DNA from: Malacoraja senta
Taxonomy: Eukaryota
DNA length: 64,000 nucleotides
NCBI GenBank assembly: GCA_038087875.1
Contig: CM075995.1
Span: forward strand, 6,822,001 to 6,886,000
Direction of reading: 5' to 3'
This document shows positions 12,060 through 24,650 of this stretch, one piece after another; positions within the stretch are counted from its first letter, which is position 1, and each line of letters opens with the position of its first letter. A program made the translations under genes and the position numbers. The notes beneath the pieces are model-generated. The model was given only the letters and a program-made list of their open reading frames with translations. It did not search any database and had not been told where the DNA came from.

Positions 12060-13010
12060 TTCAGTTCAGTTTATTGTCACGTGTACCGAGGTACAGTGAA
12101 AAGCGTTTGTTGCGTGCTATCCAGTCAGCGGAAAGACAATTCACGATCACAATTGAGCCATTTACAATGATACATGATAAGGGAATAACTTTTAGTGCAA
12201 GATAAAGCCAGTGAAGTCCGATCAAGGATAGTCCGAGGGTCTCCAATGAGGTAGATAGTAGTTCAGGACTGCTCTCCAGTTGTGGTACGATGATTCGCCT
12301 GATAACAGCTGGGAAGAAACTGTCCCTGAATTCCTGCTTTGTCCCCATATCCCTTGATTCCGTTAGCCCTAACTCTCTCTTCAATACATCCAGTGAATTG
12401 GCCTCCACTACCTTCTGCGGCAGAGAATTCCACAGATTCACAACTCTCTGGGTTGTTCTAAATGGCCTACCATGAACCTCTATCTGAAGATAGACATAAA
12501 CAACGAAGGGAATAACGTTTAGTGCAAGGTAATCTAGCAAAGTCCGATCAAAGATAGTCCGAGGGTCACCAATGAGGTAGATAGTAGTTCAGGACCACTC
12601 TCTGGTTGTGGTAGGATGAGTCAGTTGCCTGATAACAGCTGGGAAGAAACTGTCCCTGAATCTGGAGGTGTGCGTTTTCACACTTCTGTACCTTTTGCGC
12701 GAGTGGCCAGGGTGCGACTGGTCCTTGATTACGCCGATAGCCTTGCCCAGGCAGCGTGAGGTGTAAATGGAGTGAACGGAAGGGAAGATAGACACAAAAT
12801 GCCGGAGTAACTCAGCGGGACAGGCAGCATCCCTGGAGAGAAGGAATGAGTGATGCTTCAGGTCGAGACCCTTCTTCAGACTGTGATAACGGAAGGGAGG
12901 TCGGTTTTGTGTGACTGCTGCGTCCACAATTCGCTGCGATTTATTTTGCGGTCTTAGACCTGGAGCTGCTCCCAAACCAAGCTGTGGTGCATCCCGGTGA
13001 AATGCTTCAT
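12060..13010 (-). mobile_element. Rex1/Babar-like LINE 3' fragments mixed with CR1 and Penelope pieces
   Basis: SIYTSRCLGKA..IKDQSHPGH...KRYRSVKTHTSRFRDSFFPAVIRQL, typical Rex1 ORF end; tail gtacacgtgacaataaac. Confidence 0.75.
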
Positions 13011-13589
13011 CTCAGAGCTTTTCCAGCCCTGCCGTTATTCCTACGGGGAAGTGCAAGTCCCAGCCTTAATCCTCCCACCCCCCCCCCGCCCACACCACAC
13101 GAGGAACAAAGGCAGGATGGTTCTGAACGAGAGACAGGACGGACTGTGCTCGGGGACTCGTGGCAAGTGGGGAGTTCAATGAAGTGTTTGTGTAACAGTT
13201 GCTGCAACACTAATCTGAGCTTCACTCAGATGGCCAGACAGTGCGCGCTGGTGCAGGGGGCTTCCGCGCTGGTTTGTCTGAGCTGCAGAATGCAACGCTC
13301 GTTGGAATGAATGATAGTTTGCCGTATGTCTTTGAGACTGGGCCAAACAGGGTCTTCCTGAAGGTTTTACTGCACCTCCCCATAACCAGCCTGGGCAGCA
13401 GATTAAAGGCAAAGTCACTTCCTCTGCTTTGGGGGAGTGAGCAAATTCCTTTGATTTGACTGCTTTAATTGATTTCATCAGTTTGCACGGAGTTCGATGT
13501 CCCTCTTCTGGTTTGGTGGGGGGGGGGGGGGGGGTGGGGGAGAGAGAGAGAGAGACAGAGACAGAGAGAGAGACAGAGAGACAGAGACA

Positions 13590-14280
13590 GAGTCAAGTCA
13601 AGTCACTTTTATTTATATAGCACATTTAAACAACTCTCGTTGACCAAAGTGCTTGACATTGGTGGAGGCACTAACGTTATACAACAGTGGTTCATAGATT
13701 AAGTACAAACATAAATACATACATATAGCCCTCACTCAGAGGACGTCAAGAAAGGCTTGAGAGTAAAGATGAGTTTTAAGTCTCGACTTAAAAGAGTCGA
13801 TGGAGGGGGCAGTTCTGATGGGAAGGGGGATGCTGCTCCACAGTCTAGGAGCTGCAACCGCAAAGGCGCGGTCGCCCCCGAGCTTATGCCTAGACTGCGG
13901 GATGTTCAGCAACCCCAAGTCGGCCGATCTGAGGGACCTGGATGTGGTGTGGTGGGTAAGCAGACTTTTGATGTAGGTGGGGGCAAGCCCATTGAGGGCT
14001 TTGTAAACATAAAGGAGGATCTTGAAAATGTATTCGGAACCGCACAGGGAGCCAGTGGAGAGAGGCCAGGATCGGGGTGATGTGGTCCCTTTTTCGGGTG
14101 CCCGTCAGGAGTCTCGCTGCGGCGTTTTGGACCAGTTGCAGGCGGGACAGGGAAGATTGGCTGATGCCAGTGTAAAGGGAGTTGCAGTAATCTAGGCGGG
14201 AGGAGATAAATGTGTGGATGATCTTTTCGAGGTCATCAAACTGGAGGAATTGTTTTATTTTAGCTATCGTCCGAAGCTGG
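13590..14280 (-). mobile_element. L2-clade LINE 3' fragment flanked by (GA)n tracts
   Basis: FISSRLDYCNSLYTG...LQLVQNAAARLLTG...HITPILASLHWLPV and GGDRAFAVAAPRLW; tail ataaataaaagtgacttgac. Confidence 0.88.
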
Positions 14281-14607
14281 AAGAAGAGAGGGAGAGAGAG
14301 AGAGAGAGACAGAGACAGACAGAGAGAGAGAGAAAGAAGGAAAAAGAGAGATGGGAGAAAGAGGAAGGGAGGGAGGGGGGAGAGAGAAAGAGCAAAAGGG
14401 AGAGAGACGGAGAGGGGGAGGGGGAGAGAGAGACAGAGGGAGCTGAGGCTATGGCATCTGGTCCTAGACTCTCCCACGAGTGGAAACATCCTCTCCACAT
14501 CCACTCTATCCAAGCCATGCACCGTGTGCAGGGAGTGGATGCGAAAATGGGATAACATGAACCAGTGTGAACGTGTGATCAATGGTAGGTAACCAGAAAA
14601 TGAATTA

Positions 14608-14907
14608 GGGCGGCATGGTGGCGCAGCGGTCGAGCTGCTGCCTTACAGCGCCAGAGACCCGGGTTCGATCCCGAGTACGGGTGCTGTCTAATAGGATTTT
14701 GCACATTCTCCCCGTGACCTGTGTGGGTTTTCTCCGGGTGCTCCGGTTATCTCCAACCCTCTAAAGACGTGCAGGTTTGTAGGTCAAATGTAAAAATTGT
14801 CCCTAGCGCCTGTGGGATAGTGTTAGTGTGCGGGGATCGCTGGTCGGTACGGACTCAGTGGGCCGAATTGCCTGTTTCCGCGCTGTATCTCTAAACGAAA
14901 CTAAACT
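14608..14907 (+). mobile_element. HE1-like SINE, full length
   Basis: gggcggcatggtggcgcagcggt...gggttcgatccc...gtatctctaaac. Confidence 0.88.
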
Positions 14908-15084
14908 TATGCAGCAAGAAACGTCCTTCCCTCAATAAATGAAAACCAATAAAACTATAGGTGCTGGAAAGAGAAATGAATGACAGAAAATGCTGGAGTC
15001 GCACAATAGGTCAGGTGTAGACACAAAATGTTGGAGTAACTCAGCGGGCCAGGAGCGAGAAGGAAGAGGTCGGACCCTTCTTCA

Positions 15085-15345
15085 GGGGAAAGGCAAACGA
15101 GAGATACAGACGGTGATGCAGAGAGATATAGAATAAGTGAATGAAAGATATGCAAAAAAGTAACGATGATAAAGGTTAACAGGCCATTGTTAGCTGTTTG
15201 CTAGGTGAGAATGAGAAGCTGGTGCGACTTGGGTGGGGGAGGGGTGGAGAGAGAGGGAGTGCAGGGGTTACTTGAAGTTAGAGAAATCGATATTCATACC
15301 ACTGGGTTGTACGCTGCCCAAGCGAAATATGCGGTGCTCTTCCTG
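15085..15345 (-). mobile_element. Penelope-like 3' fragment
   Basis: Minus strand EEHRIFRLGSVQPSGMNIDFS plus 3' UTR shared with 42983-43378. Confidence 0.7.
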
Positions 15346-15419
15346 CTTCTACAGGTAGACGCTATAGATGACAGGTGTGGCAGGTCATACCTGCAGGTCT
15401 TTGGGTGAGCCTGGGTCAG

Positions 15420-16602
15420 GCAGGTGGTCAAAAAGGCATTCGGCACTTTACCCTTCGTCAGTCAGAGTATTGAGTATAGAAGTTGGGAGGTCATGTTGCA
15501 GTTGTATAAGACGTTGGTGAGGCCGCATTTAGAGCATTGTGTTCAGTTCTGCGCATCATGTTCTAGGAAAGATGTTGTCAAGCTGGAAAGGGTGCAGAGT
15601 AGATTTACGAGGAAGTTGCCAGGACTAGAGGGCCTGAGCTGTGGGGTGAGGTTGTGCAGGCTAGGACTTTTTTGAATGTCCCATCTACATCAGTCCCACC
15701 TGCCTGCGTTTGGCCCATATCCCTCTAAACCTGTCCTATCCATGTACCTGTCTAAATGTTTCTTAAACGTTGCGATAGTCCCTGCCTCAACTACCTCCTC
15801 CAGCAGCTTGTTCCATACACCCACCATCCTTTGTGCAAAAACGTTACTCCTCAGGTTCCCATTAAATCTTTCTCCCACTCACCTTAAACCTATGTCCTCT
15901 GGTTCGCAATTCCCCTACTCTGGGAAAGAGACTCTGTGCGTCTACCCGATCTATTCTTCTCAGAGATTCTGCATATCTGGAGAACATGGATAGGTGACAT
16001 TTTGAGAGAAAACCTTTCTTCAGTCTGGCGAAAAGACTCCTCTGTGTAGGAAGGAACTGCAGATGCTGGTTTAAACCGAAGACCGCCCCCTAATTTGAGG
16101 AAGGACATTCTTGCTATTGAGTGAGTGCAGCGTAGGTTTACAAGTTTAATTCCCGGGATGGCGGGACTGTCACATGCTGAGAGAATGGAGCAGCTGGGCT
16201 TGTACACGCTGGAGTTTAGAAAGATGAGAGGGTATCTCATTGAAACATATAAGATTGTTAAGGGTTTGGACATGCTAGAGGCAGGAAACATGTTCCCAAT
16301 GTTGGGGGAGTCCAGAACCTGGCGCCACAGTTTAAGAATAAGGAGTAAGCCATTTAGAACGGAGACGAGGAAACACTTTTTCTCACAGAGAGTGGTGAGT
16401 CTGTGGAATTGTCTGCCTCTGAGGGCGGTGGAGGCGGGTTCTCTGGATGCTTTCAAGAGAGAGCTAGATAGGGCTCTTAAAAATAGCGGAGTCAGGGGAT
16501 ATGGGGAGAAGGGTACTGATTGGTGATGATCAGCCATGATCACATTGAATGGCGGTACTGGCTCGAAGGGCCGAATGGCCTACTCCTGCACCTATTGTCT
16601 AT
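15420..16602. mobile_element. CR1 fragments (15420-15668 plus, 15676-15958 minus, 16088-16602 plus)
   Basis: LVRPHLEHCVQF, RMVGVWNKL and RVVSLWNCLP motifs and CR1 3' UTR. Confidence 0.85.
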
Positions 16603-17083
16603 TGAAGAGAGACACAAAATGCTGGAGCAACTCAGCGGGACAGGCAGCAACTCTGGAGAGAAGGAATGGGTGGCCGAAGAAACGTCACCCATCCCTTCTC
16701 TCCAGAGATGCTGCCTGTCCCGCTGAGTTACTCCATCGCTTTTAGTGTCTGCCTTCGGAATTACACCAGCATCTGTAGTTCCTTCTTACACATACATATG
16801 AAGTATTGCATTACATATTCAAAAGCCACTAAAAGCCACTAAAAGCCACAAAAGTCAATAAAACCTCAATGCCGTTATCCGTTCAAACCGATGAAATCAA
16901 TTAAAACAGTCAAATCAAAGGAATTTGCTCACTCCCCCAAAGAAGAGGAAGGGACTTTGCCTTTAATCTGCTGCCCTGGCATGTTATAGGTAGGAGCAGT
17001 AAAGCCATCAGGAAGACGTTGGCTCACTCAAACAGACAACCTTCCCATTCCTATACTAAACATTTTGTTTTCAAGAGAGTGTT

Positions 17084-18192
17084 AGAAACATAGAAAATAG
17101 GTGCAGGATGAGGCCATTCGGTCCTTCGAGCCAGCACCGCCATTCACTGTGATCATGGCTGATCGTCCACATTCAGTACCCCGTTCCTGCCTTCTCCCCA
17201 TATACCCTGACTCCGCTATCTTTAAGAGATCTATCTAACTCTCTCTTGAAAGCATCCAGGGAACTGGCCTCCACCGCCCTCTGAGGCAGAGAATTCCACA
17301 GACTCGCAACACTCTGTGTGAAAAAGTGTTTCCTCGTTTCCGTTCTAAATGGCTTACCCCTTATTCTTAAATGCAGGAGGAGGCTATTTGGCCCTTCGAG
17401 CAATTTATTGTGATTATGGCTAATCATCCACAATTGGCAACCCGTGCCTGCCTTCTCCCCATATCCCTTGATTCCACTAGCCCCTAGAGCTCTATCTAAC
17501 TCTCTTTAAAATTCATCCAGTGAATGGGCCTCCACTGCCTTCTGTGGCAGAGAATTCCACAAATTCACAACTCTGGGTTAAAAAGATTTTTCTCATCGCA
17601 GTTTTAAATGGCCTCCCCTTTATTCTTAGACTGTGGCCCCTGGTTCTGGACTCACACAACATTGGGAATTTTTTTCCTGCAGCTAGCTTGTCCAGTCCAT
17701 TTTAAAATTGTATACATTTCAATAAGATACCCTCTCATCCTTCTCAATTCCAGTGAATACAAACCCAGTCGTTCCATTCTTTCACAAGGTCATAAGTGAT
17801 AGGAACAGAATTGGGGCATTCGGCCCATCGAGTCTATTCCGCCATTCAATCATAGCTGATCTATCGTATCCTCCTAACCCCATTCTCTTGCCTTCTCCCC
17901 ATAACCCTCGACGCCTGTACTAATCAAGAACCTATCTATCTCTAGCTTAAAAATATCCATTGACTTGGCTTCCACAGCTTTCTGTGGCAAATAATTCCAT
18001 AGATTCACCACCCTCTGACTAAAGAAATTCCTCCTCATCTCCTTCCTAAAGGAACGTCTTTTCATTTGAGACTGCGACCTCTGGTCCTAGACTCTCCCAC
18101 TAATGTAAACATCCTCTCCACATCCACTCTATCCGGGCCTTTTGCTATTCCATAAAGTTTCAATGATCTCTGTAAACTCCAGCGAGTACAGG
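17084..18192 (-). mobile_element. Stack of three CR1 3' fragments
   Basis: Three successive CR1 3' UTR and ORF2 ends from different subfamilies. Confidence 0.82.
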
Positions 18193-18667
18193 CGAATACG
18201 GCAAACTATCATTCATTCCAACGAGCGTTTCATTCTGCAGCTCAGACAAACCAGCGCGGAAGCCCCCTGCACCAGCGCGCACTGTCTGGCCATCTGAGTG
18301 AAGCTCAGATTAGTGTTGCAGCAACTGTTACACAAACACTTCATTGAACTCCCCACTTGCCACGAGTCCCCGAGCACAGTCCGTCCTGTCTCTCGTACAG
18401 AACCATCCTGCCTTTGTTCCTCGTGTGGTGTGGGGGGTGGAGGAGGATTAAGGCTGGGACTTGCACTTCCCTGGGGGAATAACAGCAGGGCTGGAAATTC
18501 CCACAGTGGCTGCACGCCCAGGATCACAGACAGTTCAGTTCAGTTCAGTTTAGTTTATTGCCACGTGTACCGAGGTACGGTGAAAAGCTTTTGTTGTGTG
18601 CTACCCAGTCCGCGGAGAGACGATACATGATTACATGCGAGCCATTTACAGTGTACAGATACATGAT

Positions 18668-20329
18668 AGAAACATAGACAATAGGTGCAGGAGTAAACCA
18701 TTCAGCCCTTCGAGCCAGCACCGCCATTCAATGTGATCATGGCTGATCTTCCCCAATCAGTACACCGTTCCTGCCTACTCCCCATATCCCCTGACTCCAC
18801 TATCTTTAAGAGCCCTATCTAGCTCTCTCTTGAAAGTATCCAGAGAACCGGCCTCCACCGCCCTCTGAGGTAGAGAATTCCACAGACTCACAACTCTCTG
18901 GGTGAAAAAGTGTTTCGTCATCTTCATTCTAAATGGCTTACCCCTTATTCTTAAACTGTGGCCCCTGGTTCTGGACTCCCCCAACATCGGGAACATGTTT
19001 CCTGCCTCTAGCGTGTCCAAACCCTTAATAATCTTATATGTTTTAATAAGATGCCCTCTCATCCTTCTAAACTCCAGAGTATACTCCATTCTTGGGAATT
19101 AACCTTGCAAATCTACGCTGCACTCCCTCAATAGCAATAATGTCCTTCCTCAAATTAGGGGACCAAAACTGCACACAATACTCCAGGTGTGGTCTCACTA
19201 GGGCCCTATACAACTGCAGAAACACCTCTTTGCTCCTATAATCAACTGCTCTTGTTATGAAGGCCAACATGGGACCCCCAGATCCCATTGTACTTCCCCT
19301 TTTCTCAATTTGACACCATTTAGATAATAATCTGCCTTCCTGTTTTTGCTACCAAAGTGGATAACCTCACATTTATCCACATTAAACTGCATCTGCCATG
19401 CATCTGCCCACTCACCCAACCTGTCCAAGTCACCGTGCATTCTCATAGCATCCTCCTCACAGTTCACACTGCCACCCAGCTTTGTGTCATCTGCAAATTT
19501 GCTAATGTTACTTTGAATCCCTTCATCTAAATCATTGATGTATATTGTAAATAGCTGCGGTCCTAGCACCGAGCCTTGCAGTACCCCACTAGTCACTGCC
19601 TGCCATTCTGAAAGGGACCCGTTAATCCCTACTCCTGCCAACCAATTTTCTGTCCATGTCAGCACTCTACCCCCATCTGCCCTCATTTTAATCTCCTATG
19701 TGGGACCTTATCAAATGCTTTCTGAAAGTCCAGGTACACTACATCCACTGGCTCTCCCTTGTCCATTTCTCCGTTACATCCTCAAAAAACTGGTCTATAA
19801 TTCCGTTTTCTCTCTCCCGCCTTTCTGAAAAAGTGGGATAACATTAGCTACCCTACAATCCACAGGAATTGATCCTGAATCTATAGGAGATTGGAAAATT
19901 ATCACCAATGTGTCCACGATTTCTAGAGCCACTTCCTTAAGTACCCTGGGATGCAGATCACCAGGCCATGGGGATTTATCAGCCTTCAGTCTCATCAGTC
20001 TACCCAACACCATTTCCTGCCTAATGTGGATTTCCTTCAGTTCCTCCGTCACACCAGATCCTCAGGCCACTAGTACATCAGGAAGATTGTTTGTGTCCTC
20101 CTTAGTGAAGACGGATCCAAAGTACCTGTTCAACTCATCTGCCATTCCTTATTCCCCATAATAAATTCACCTTTTTCAGTCTTCAAGGGTCCAACTTTGG
20201 TCTTAACTAATTTTTTCCTCTTCACATACCTAAAGAAGCTTTTACTATCCTCCTTTATATTCTTGGCAACTTACCTTCGTACCTCATATTTCCTCCACGT
20301 ATTGCCATTTTAGTTATCTTCTGTTGCTC
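18668..20329 (-). mobile_element. Longest CR1 copy (degenerate ORF2 linker, RT and 3' UTR)
   Basis: DKSP.PGDLHPRVLKE, VTSGVLQGSVLGP, FADDTK and VRPHLEYCVQFWSP across frameshifts and deletions. Confidence 0.92.
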
Positions 20330-20519
20330 TTATCCATTGATTCCGTTAGCCCAAAGAGCTCTATCTAACTCTCTCTTGAACACATCCAGTGAATCGGCCT
20401 CCACTGCCTTCTGTGACAGAGAATTCCACAGATTCACAACTCTCTGGGTGAAATTTGCTTCCCTCATCTCAGACCTAAATGGTCTACCATGGACCTCTAG
20501 CTGAAGATAGACACAAACT

Positions 20520-20853
20520 ACGAAGGGAACAACGTTTAGTGCAAGGTAAAGCCAGTAAAGTCCGATCAAAGATAGTCCAAGGGTCACCTATGAGGTAGAT
20601 AGTAGTTCAGCACAGCTCTCGGGTTGTGGTAGGATGATTCAGTTGCCTGATAACAGCTGGGAAGAAACTGTCCCTGAATCAGGTGTGCGTTTTCACACCT
20701 CTAAACCTTTTGCCCGATGGGAGAGGGGAGTAGAGGGAGTGGCCAGGGGACGACTGGTCCTTGATTATGTTGCTGGCCTTGCCGAGACAGTGTGAAGTGT
20801 AGATGGAGTCAATGGAAGGGAGGTTGGCTTGTGTGATAGTCTGGACTACGTCC
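20520..20853 (-). mobile_element. Rex1/Babar-like 3' fragment
   Basis: TITQANLPSIDSIYTSHCLGKASNIIKD...SPLPSGKRFRGVKTHT. Confidence 0.78.
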
Positions 20854-20998
20854 ATGGCAGGCTGTGTGATCACAGCTCTGTCAGAGGCGCTACGTCAATG
20901 CAGCCTATTGAGGGTCGGGGATTGTTATCCATCGGAGTACGCTGAATGTGGCGAGGGGTTACTGCGATGGGCCCGTGTAGACGTCTGGGAGTAGTTGG

Positions 20999-21300
20999 GG
21001 CAGCACGGTGGCGCAGCATTAGAGTTGCTGCCTCACAGCGCCAGAGACCCGGGTTCGACCCTGACTACAGGTGCTGTCTGTACGGAGTTTGTACGTTCCC
21101 CCCGTGACCTGCGTGGGTTTATCTCCAGGTGCTCCAGTTCCCTCCCACACTCGAAAGACGTACAGGTTTGTGATTGGCTTTGGTAAAGATTGTTAATTGT
21201 CCCTAGTGTGTGTAGGATAGTGTTAGTGTGCAGGGATCGCTGGTCGGCGCGGACAAGGTGGGCCGATGGGCCTGTTTGCGCAATGTATCTCTAAACGAAA
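20999..21300 (+). mobile_element. HE1-like SINE, full length
   Basis: A and B boxes, body and tail as in the other copies. Confidence 0.85.
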
Positions 21301-21359
21301 CTTCCCAAAGTTGCCCGTGTGGGGCATTTAACTCCCAGTCCTTGCAATATAGCTGGGCG

Positions 21360-21672
21360 CACGTGTATACACATACACACACACACATATATATATACAC
21401 GCTTACACACACTTACACAAACACACACGCATATACACACACACACACACACACATATATATACACGCTTACACACACACTTACACAAACACACACGCAC
21501 ATACACGCACTTACACAAACACACACATGAACGCACACACACACTTACACAAACACATGCATGTATACACACATGCGTGAACATATACTCACGCACGCAT
21601 ACCCATGCACACGTAAACACACATGCATACACTTACACACATACACATGCACACACAAACACACACACACAT
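21360..21672. repeat. (CA)/(TA)-rich microsatellite
   Basis: Direct reading. Confidence 0.9.
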
Positions 21673-21732
21673 CTGTTAAATCTTTGCCCCCCCTCACCTT
21701 AAATTTGTAAATCAATCACTATTTCTAGCTGA

Positions 21733-21960
21733 AGACAAACGCAAAATGCTGGCGTAACTCAGCGGTTCAGGCAGCATCTCTGGAGAGAAAGACTGGGTGA
21801 CGTTTCGGGTCGAGACCCATATTCAGACCCAGGTCCGAAGAAGGGTCTCGACCCGAAACGTCACCCATTCCCTCTCCCAGAGATGCTGCCTGTCCCGCTG
21901 AGTTACTCCAGCGTTTTGTGTCTACCTTCTGTTTGAACCAGCATCTGCAGTTCCTTCCTA
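21733..21960. repeat. Palindromic Penelope-end-derived element (similar at ~16608-16790, 23625-23810, 31312-31520, 43400-43590)
   Basis: aaaatgctgg.gtaactcagcgg...cgtttcgggtcgagaccc followed by its reverse complement. Confidence 0.75.
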
Positions 21961-22688
21961 TTATTTCTAGCTGTACTAACAGTAACTACATTCTGCAATC
22001 CGTTTCGTTCTCTTTGCTCTACCTTTTGTATTTGAGTTTGGCATGACTGTGTTCATGTGTAGTGTTATTTGATTAGATTGGATAGCATGCAAACAAAAGC
22101 TTCTCACCGTACCCCTGTACACATGGCGATAATAAAGCTGGATGTCAGGTTTTCATGCAGAGGGTGGAGTGCATATAGAAACATAGAAAAAATAGGTGCA
22201 GGGGTGGGCCATTCGGCCCTTCAAGCCAGCACCTTTATTCAATATGATCATGGCTCAGAAGGCAGTGGAGACCAATTCACTGGATGCATTTAAAGGAGAG
22301 TTAGATAGAGCTCTTAGGGCTAGCGGATTCAAGGGATATGGGGAGAAGGCAGGAATGGGGTACAGATTGTGGATGATCAGCCATGATCACCTTGAATGGC
22401 GGTGCTGGCTCGAAGGGCCGAATGGCCGACTCCTGCACCTATTGCCTATGTAACTATGGCTGATCATCCAAAATCGGTACCCCATTCCTGCTTTTTCCCC
22501 ATATCCCTTGATCCCTTTGGTCCTACGAGCTAAATCTAACTCTCTGGAACAATGTGGTGGAGGTCAGTACTTCACTTGGACGATAGTTTAGTTTCGTTTA
22601 GTTTATTATTGTCAACATGTGCCGAGATACAGTGAAAAGCTTTTTGTTTTGTGCCATCGAGTCAGTGCAAAGATAATAAATGTTTACA

Positions 22689-23443
22689 ATGGGCGGATAT
22701 CTCTTTTAAAACATGGGGGGGGTGACACAAAGAGGGAGGGCATAGAGGGGAGAGAGAGATGGGAGAGAGAGAGGGGGCAGAGAGGAATGTTATAACGCGC
22801 CGCCGACCCATTTTGGCTGCCGCCGAACAAGCCCCCCCTCCCCCACCACAACCCCCCCCACATTTCTCCCTTCTTCATGGCGGCCCTGTGATGTCTCGAC
22901 TCTGACAACTCGAGGGACCTACCCAGTACCCGGTAACCTACCTTGTATTCACTGGAGTTTAGAAGGATGAGGGAGGGATCTTATAAAAACATATAAAATT
23001 ATAAAAGGGCTGGACAAGCTAGATGCAGGAAAAATGTTCCCAATGTTGGGCGAGTCCAGAACCAGGGGCCACAGTCTTAGAATAAAGAGGAGGTCATTTA
23101 AGACTGAGGTGAGAAAAAACGTTTTCACCCAGAGAGTTGTGGCGGGCCGGATGTGGCCCGCGGGCCATAGTTTGGAGACCCCTGACGTGCGCGTACGTAC
23201 GTATATGCGCATGATACGGTAATTACAGCTAGCACTGGCTTAATTGGGAAGAGTGCAGCGTGAGCTTCCTTCCGTGGTGGGTGGGAGCACTTAGGGGGGT
23301 AAAGGGGCTGGAGAATAGGCCTAAGTTACATTTCGACATACATAAGAAAACATGGGGGGGTATTGTCCCCCACCTCGCAAAACATGGGGGACACGTCCCC
23401 CCCCCCCCCCCCCCCCCACTTACCCCCCGGGATTTCCGCCCAT
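22689..23443. mobile_element. Putative non-autonomous DNA transposon containing a CR1 piece (22948-23140) and a hAT/Charlie-like terminus (23141-23184)
   Basis: Short TIR ATGGGCGGAWATC at both ends and subterminal aaaacatggggg repeats; minus strand CAGGGGTCTCCAAACTATGGCCCGCGGGCC resembles a Charlie end. Confidence 0.55.
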
Positions 23444-24344
23444 AAGCTGCACACACAGTGTACAGATACAGGATAAAGGGATAAAACTACACACTAGGGG
23501 GCAATTTTACAGAGGCCAATTAACCTAGTAACCTGCACATGTATTAGGAGTGTGAGAGGAAACCGGAGCTCCCGGAAAAACCCACGTGGTCACAGGGAGA
23601 AAGTACAAACACTGTACAGACATCAAAGGTAGACAAAAGTGCTGGAGAAACTCAGCGGGTGCAGCAGCATCTATGGAGCGAAGGAAATAGGCAACGTTTC
23701 GGGCAGAAACCCTTATTTCCTTCGCTCCATAGATGCTGCCTGCACCCGCTGAGTTTCTCCAGCACTTTTGTCTACCTTCGATTTCCCAGCATCTGCAGTT
23801 CCTTCTTGAACACTGTACAGACATCACCTGTCGTCAGGATGGAACCCGGGTCACCGGCGCTGTAAGGCAGCAACTCTACCGCTGCGCCGCCTGTTCAAAT
23901 AGAGTTATAAAGCTTGAAAACAGACCCTTCGGCCCAACGTGTACACGAGTTCTATCCTACATGCTCGGGACAATTTTGACCAAAGCCAATGTGCCCGGCG
24001 TGGGGGGGACGGCCGTGAGGGAGGTGGTGGGAGGACAATGTACAGATGCCAATTAGCCTACAAACCTGCACGCCTTTGGAGCGTGGGAGGAAACTGGAGC
24101 AGCCGGAGGGAAACCCACGCAGGTCACGGGGAGAACGTACAAACTCCGTACAGGCAGCACCCGTGGTCAGGATCAAACCCGGGTCTCTGGTGTTGTGAGG
24201 CAGCAACTCTATTGCTGCACTATCGAACCTGTCCAAATGTCCATTAAATGTTGTTATATTAGGGATAACTCTCCTGTGGAATGTAAAACGGATTAATGGC
24301 GTCAGTGGGCAGTAATGAAAACATGTTTTTTTACATGCCTCCTC

Positions 24345-24650
24345 CGTGGCCAGAGTGAGCGCCACCGTAAACTGGAGGAGCAGCACCTCAAATTCCGCTT
24401 GGGCAGTCTGCACCCTAGCGGCATATACATTGACTTCTCCAATTTCCGGTAGCCCTTGCTGTCTCCTCCCCTTCTCAGCTCACCTTCAGCCCTCTGGCTC
24501 CTCCTCTTCCTTACTCCTTTCTTCTCCCCGCCCCCCCCCCCCCACCCTACATCAGTCTGAAGAAGGGTTTCGGCCCGAAACGTTGCCTATTTCCTTCGCT
24601 TCATAGATGCTGCTGCACCCGCTGAGTTTCTCCAGCAGTTTTGTCTACCT
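24345..24650 (+). mobile_element. Penelope-like 3' end with a hammerhead motif
   Basis: RKLEEQHLKFRLGSLHPSGIYIDFS followed by CTGAAGA-AGGGTTTCGGCCC-GAAA-CGTT. Confidence 0.78.
24553..24590 (+). ncRNA. Minimal type I hammerhead ribozyme motif
   Basis: CUGAnGA at 24557-24563, stem II GGG/CCC, GAAA at 24577-24580, NUH triplet GUU. Confidence 0.65.

Noticed and set aside
13245..13265. CTCF site (tggtgcagggggcttc)
   Set aside because: Only a partial match; it lacks the conserved 5' CC of the core motif.
14608..14680. tRNA gene
   Set aside because: The A and B boxes belong to the SINE head and continue into the SINE body; the same applies to all copies.
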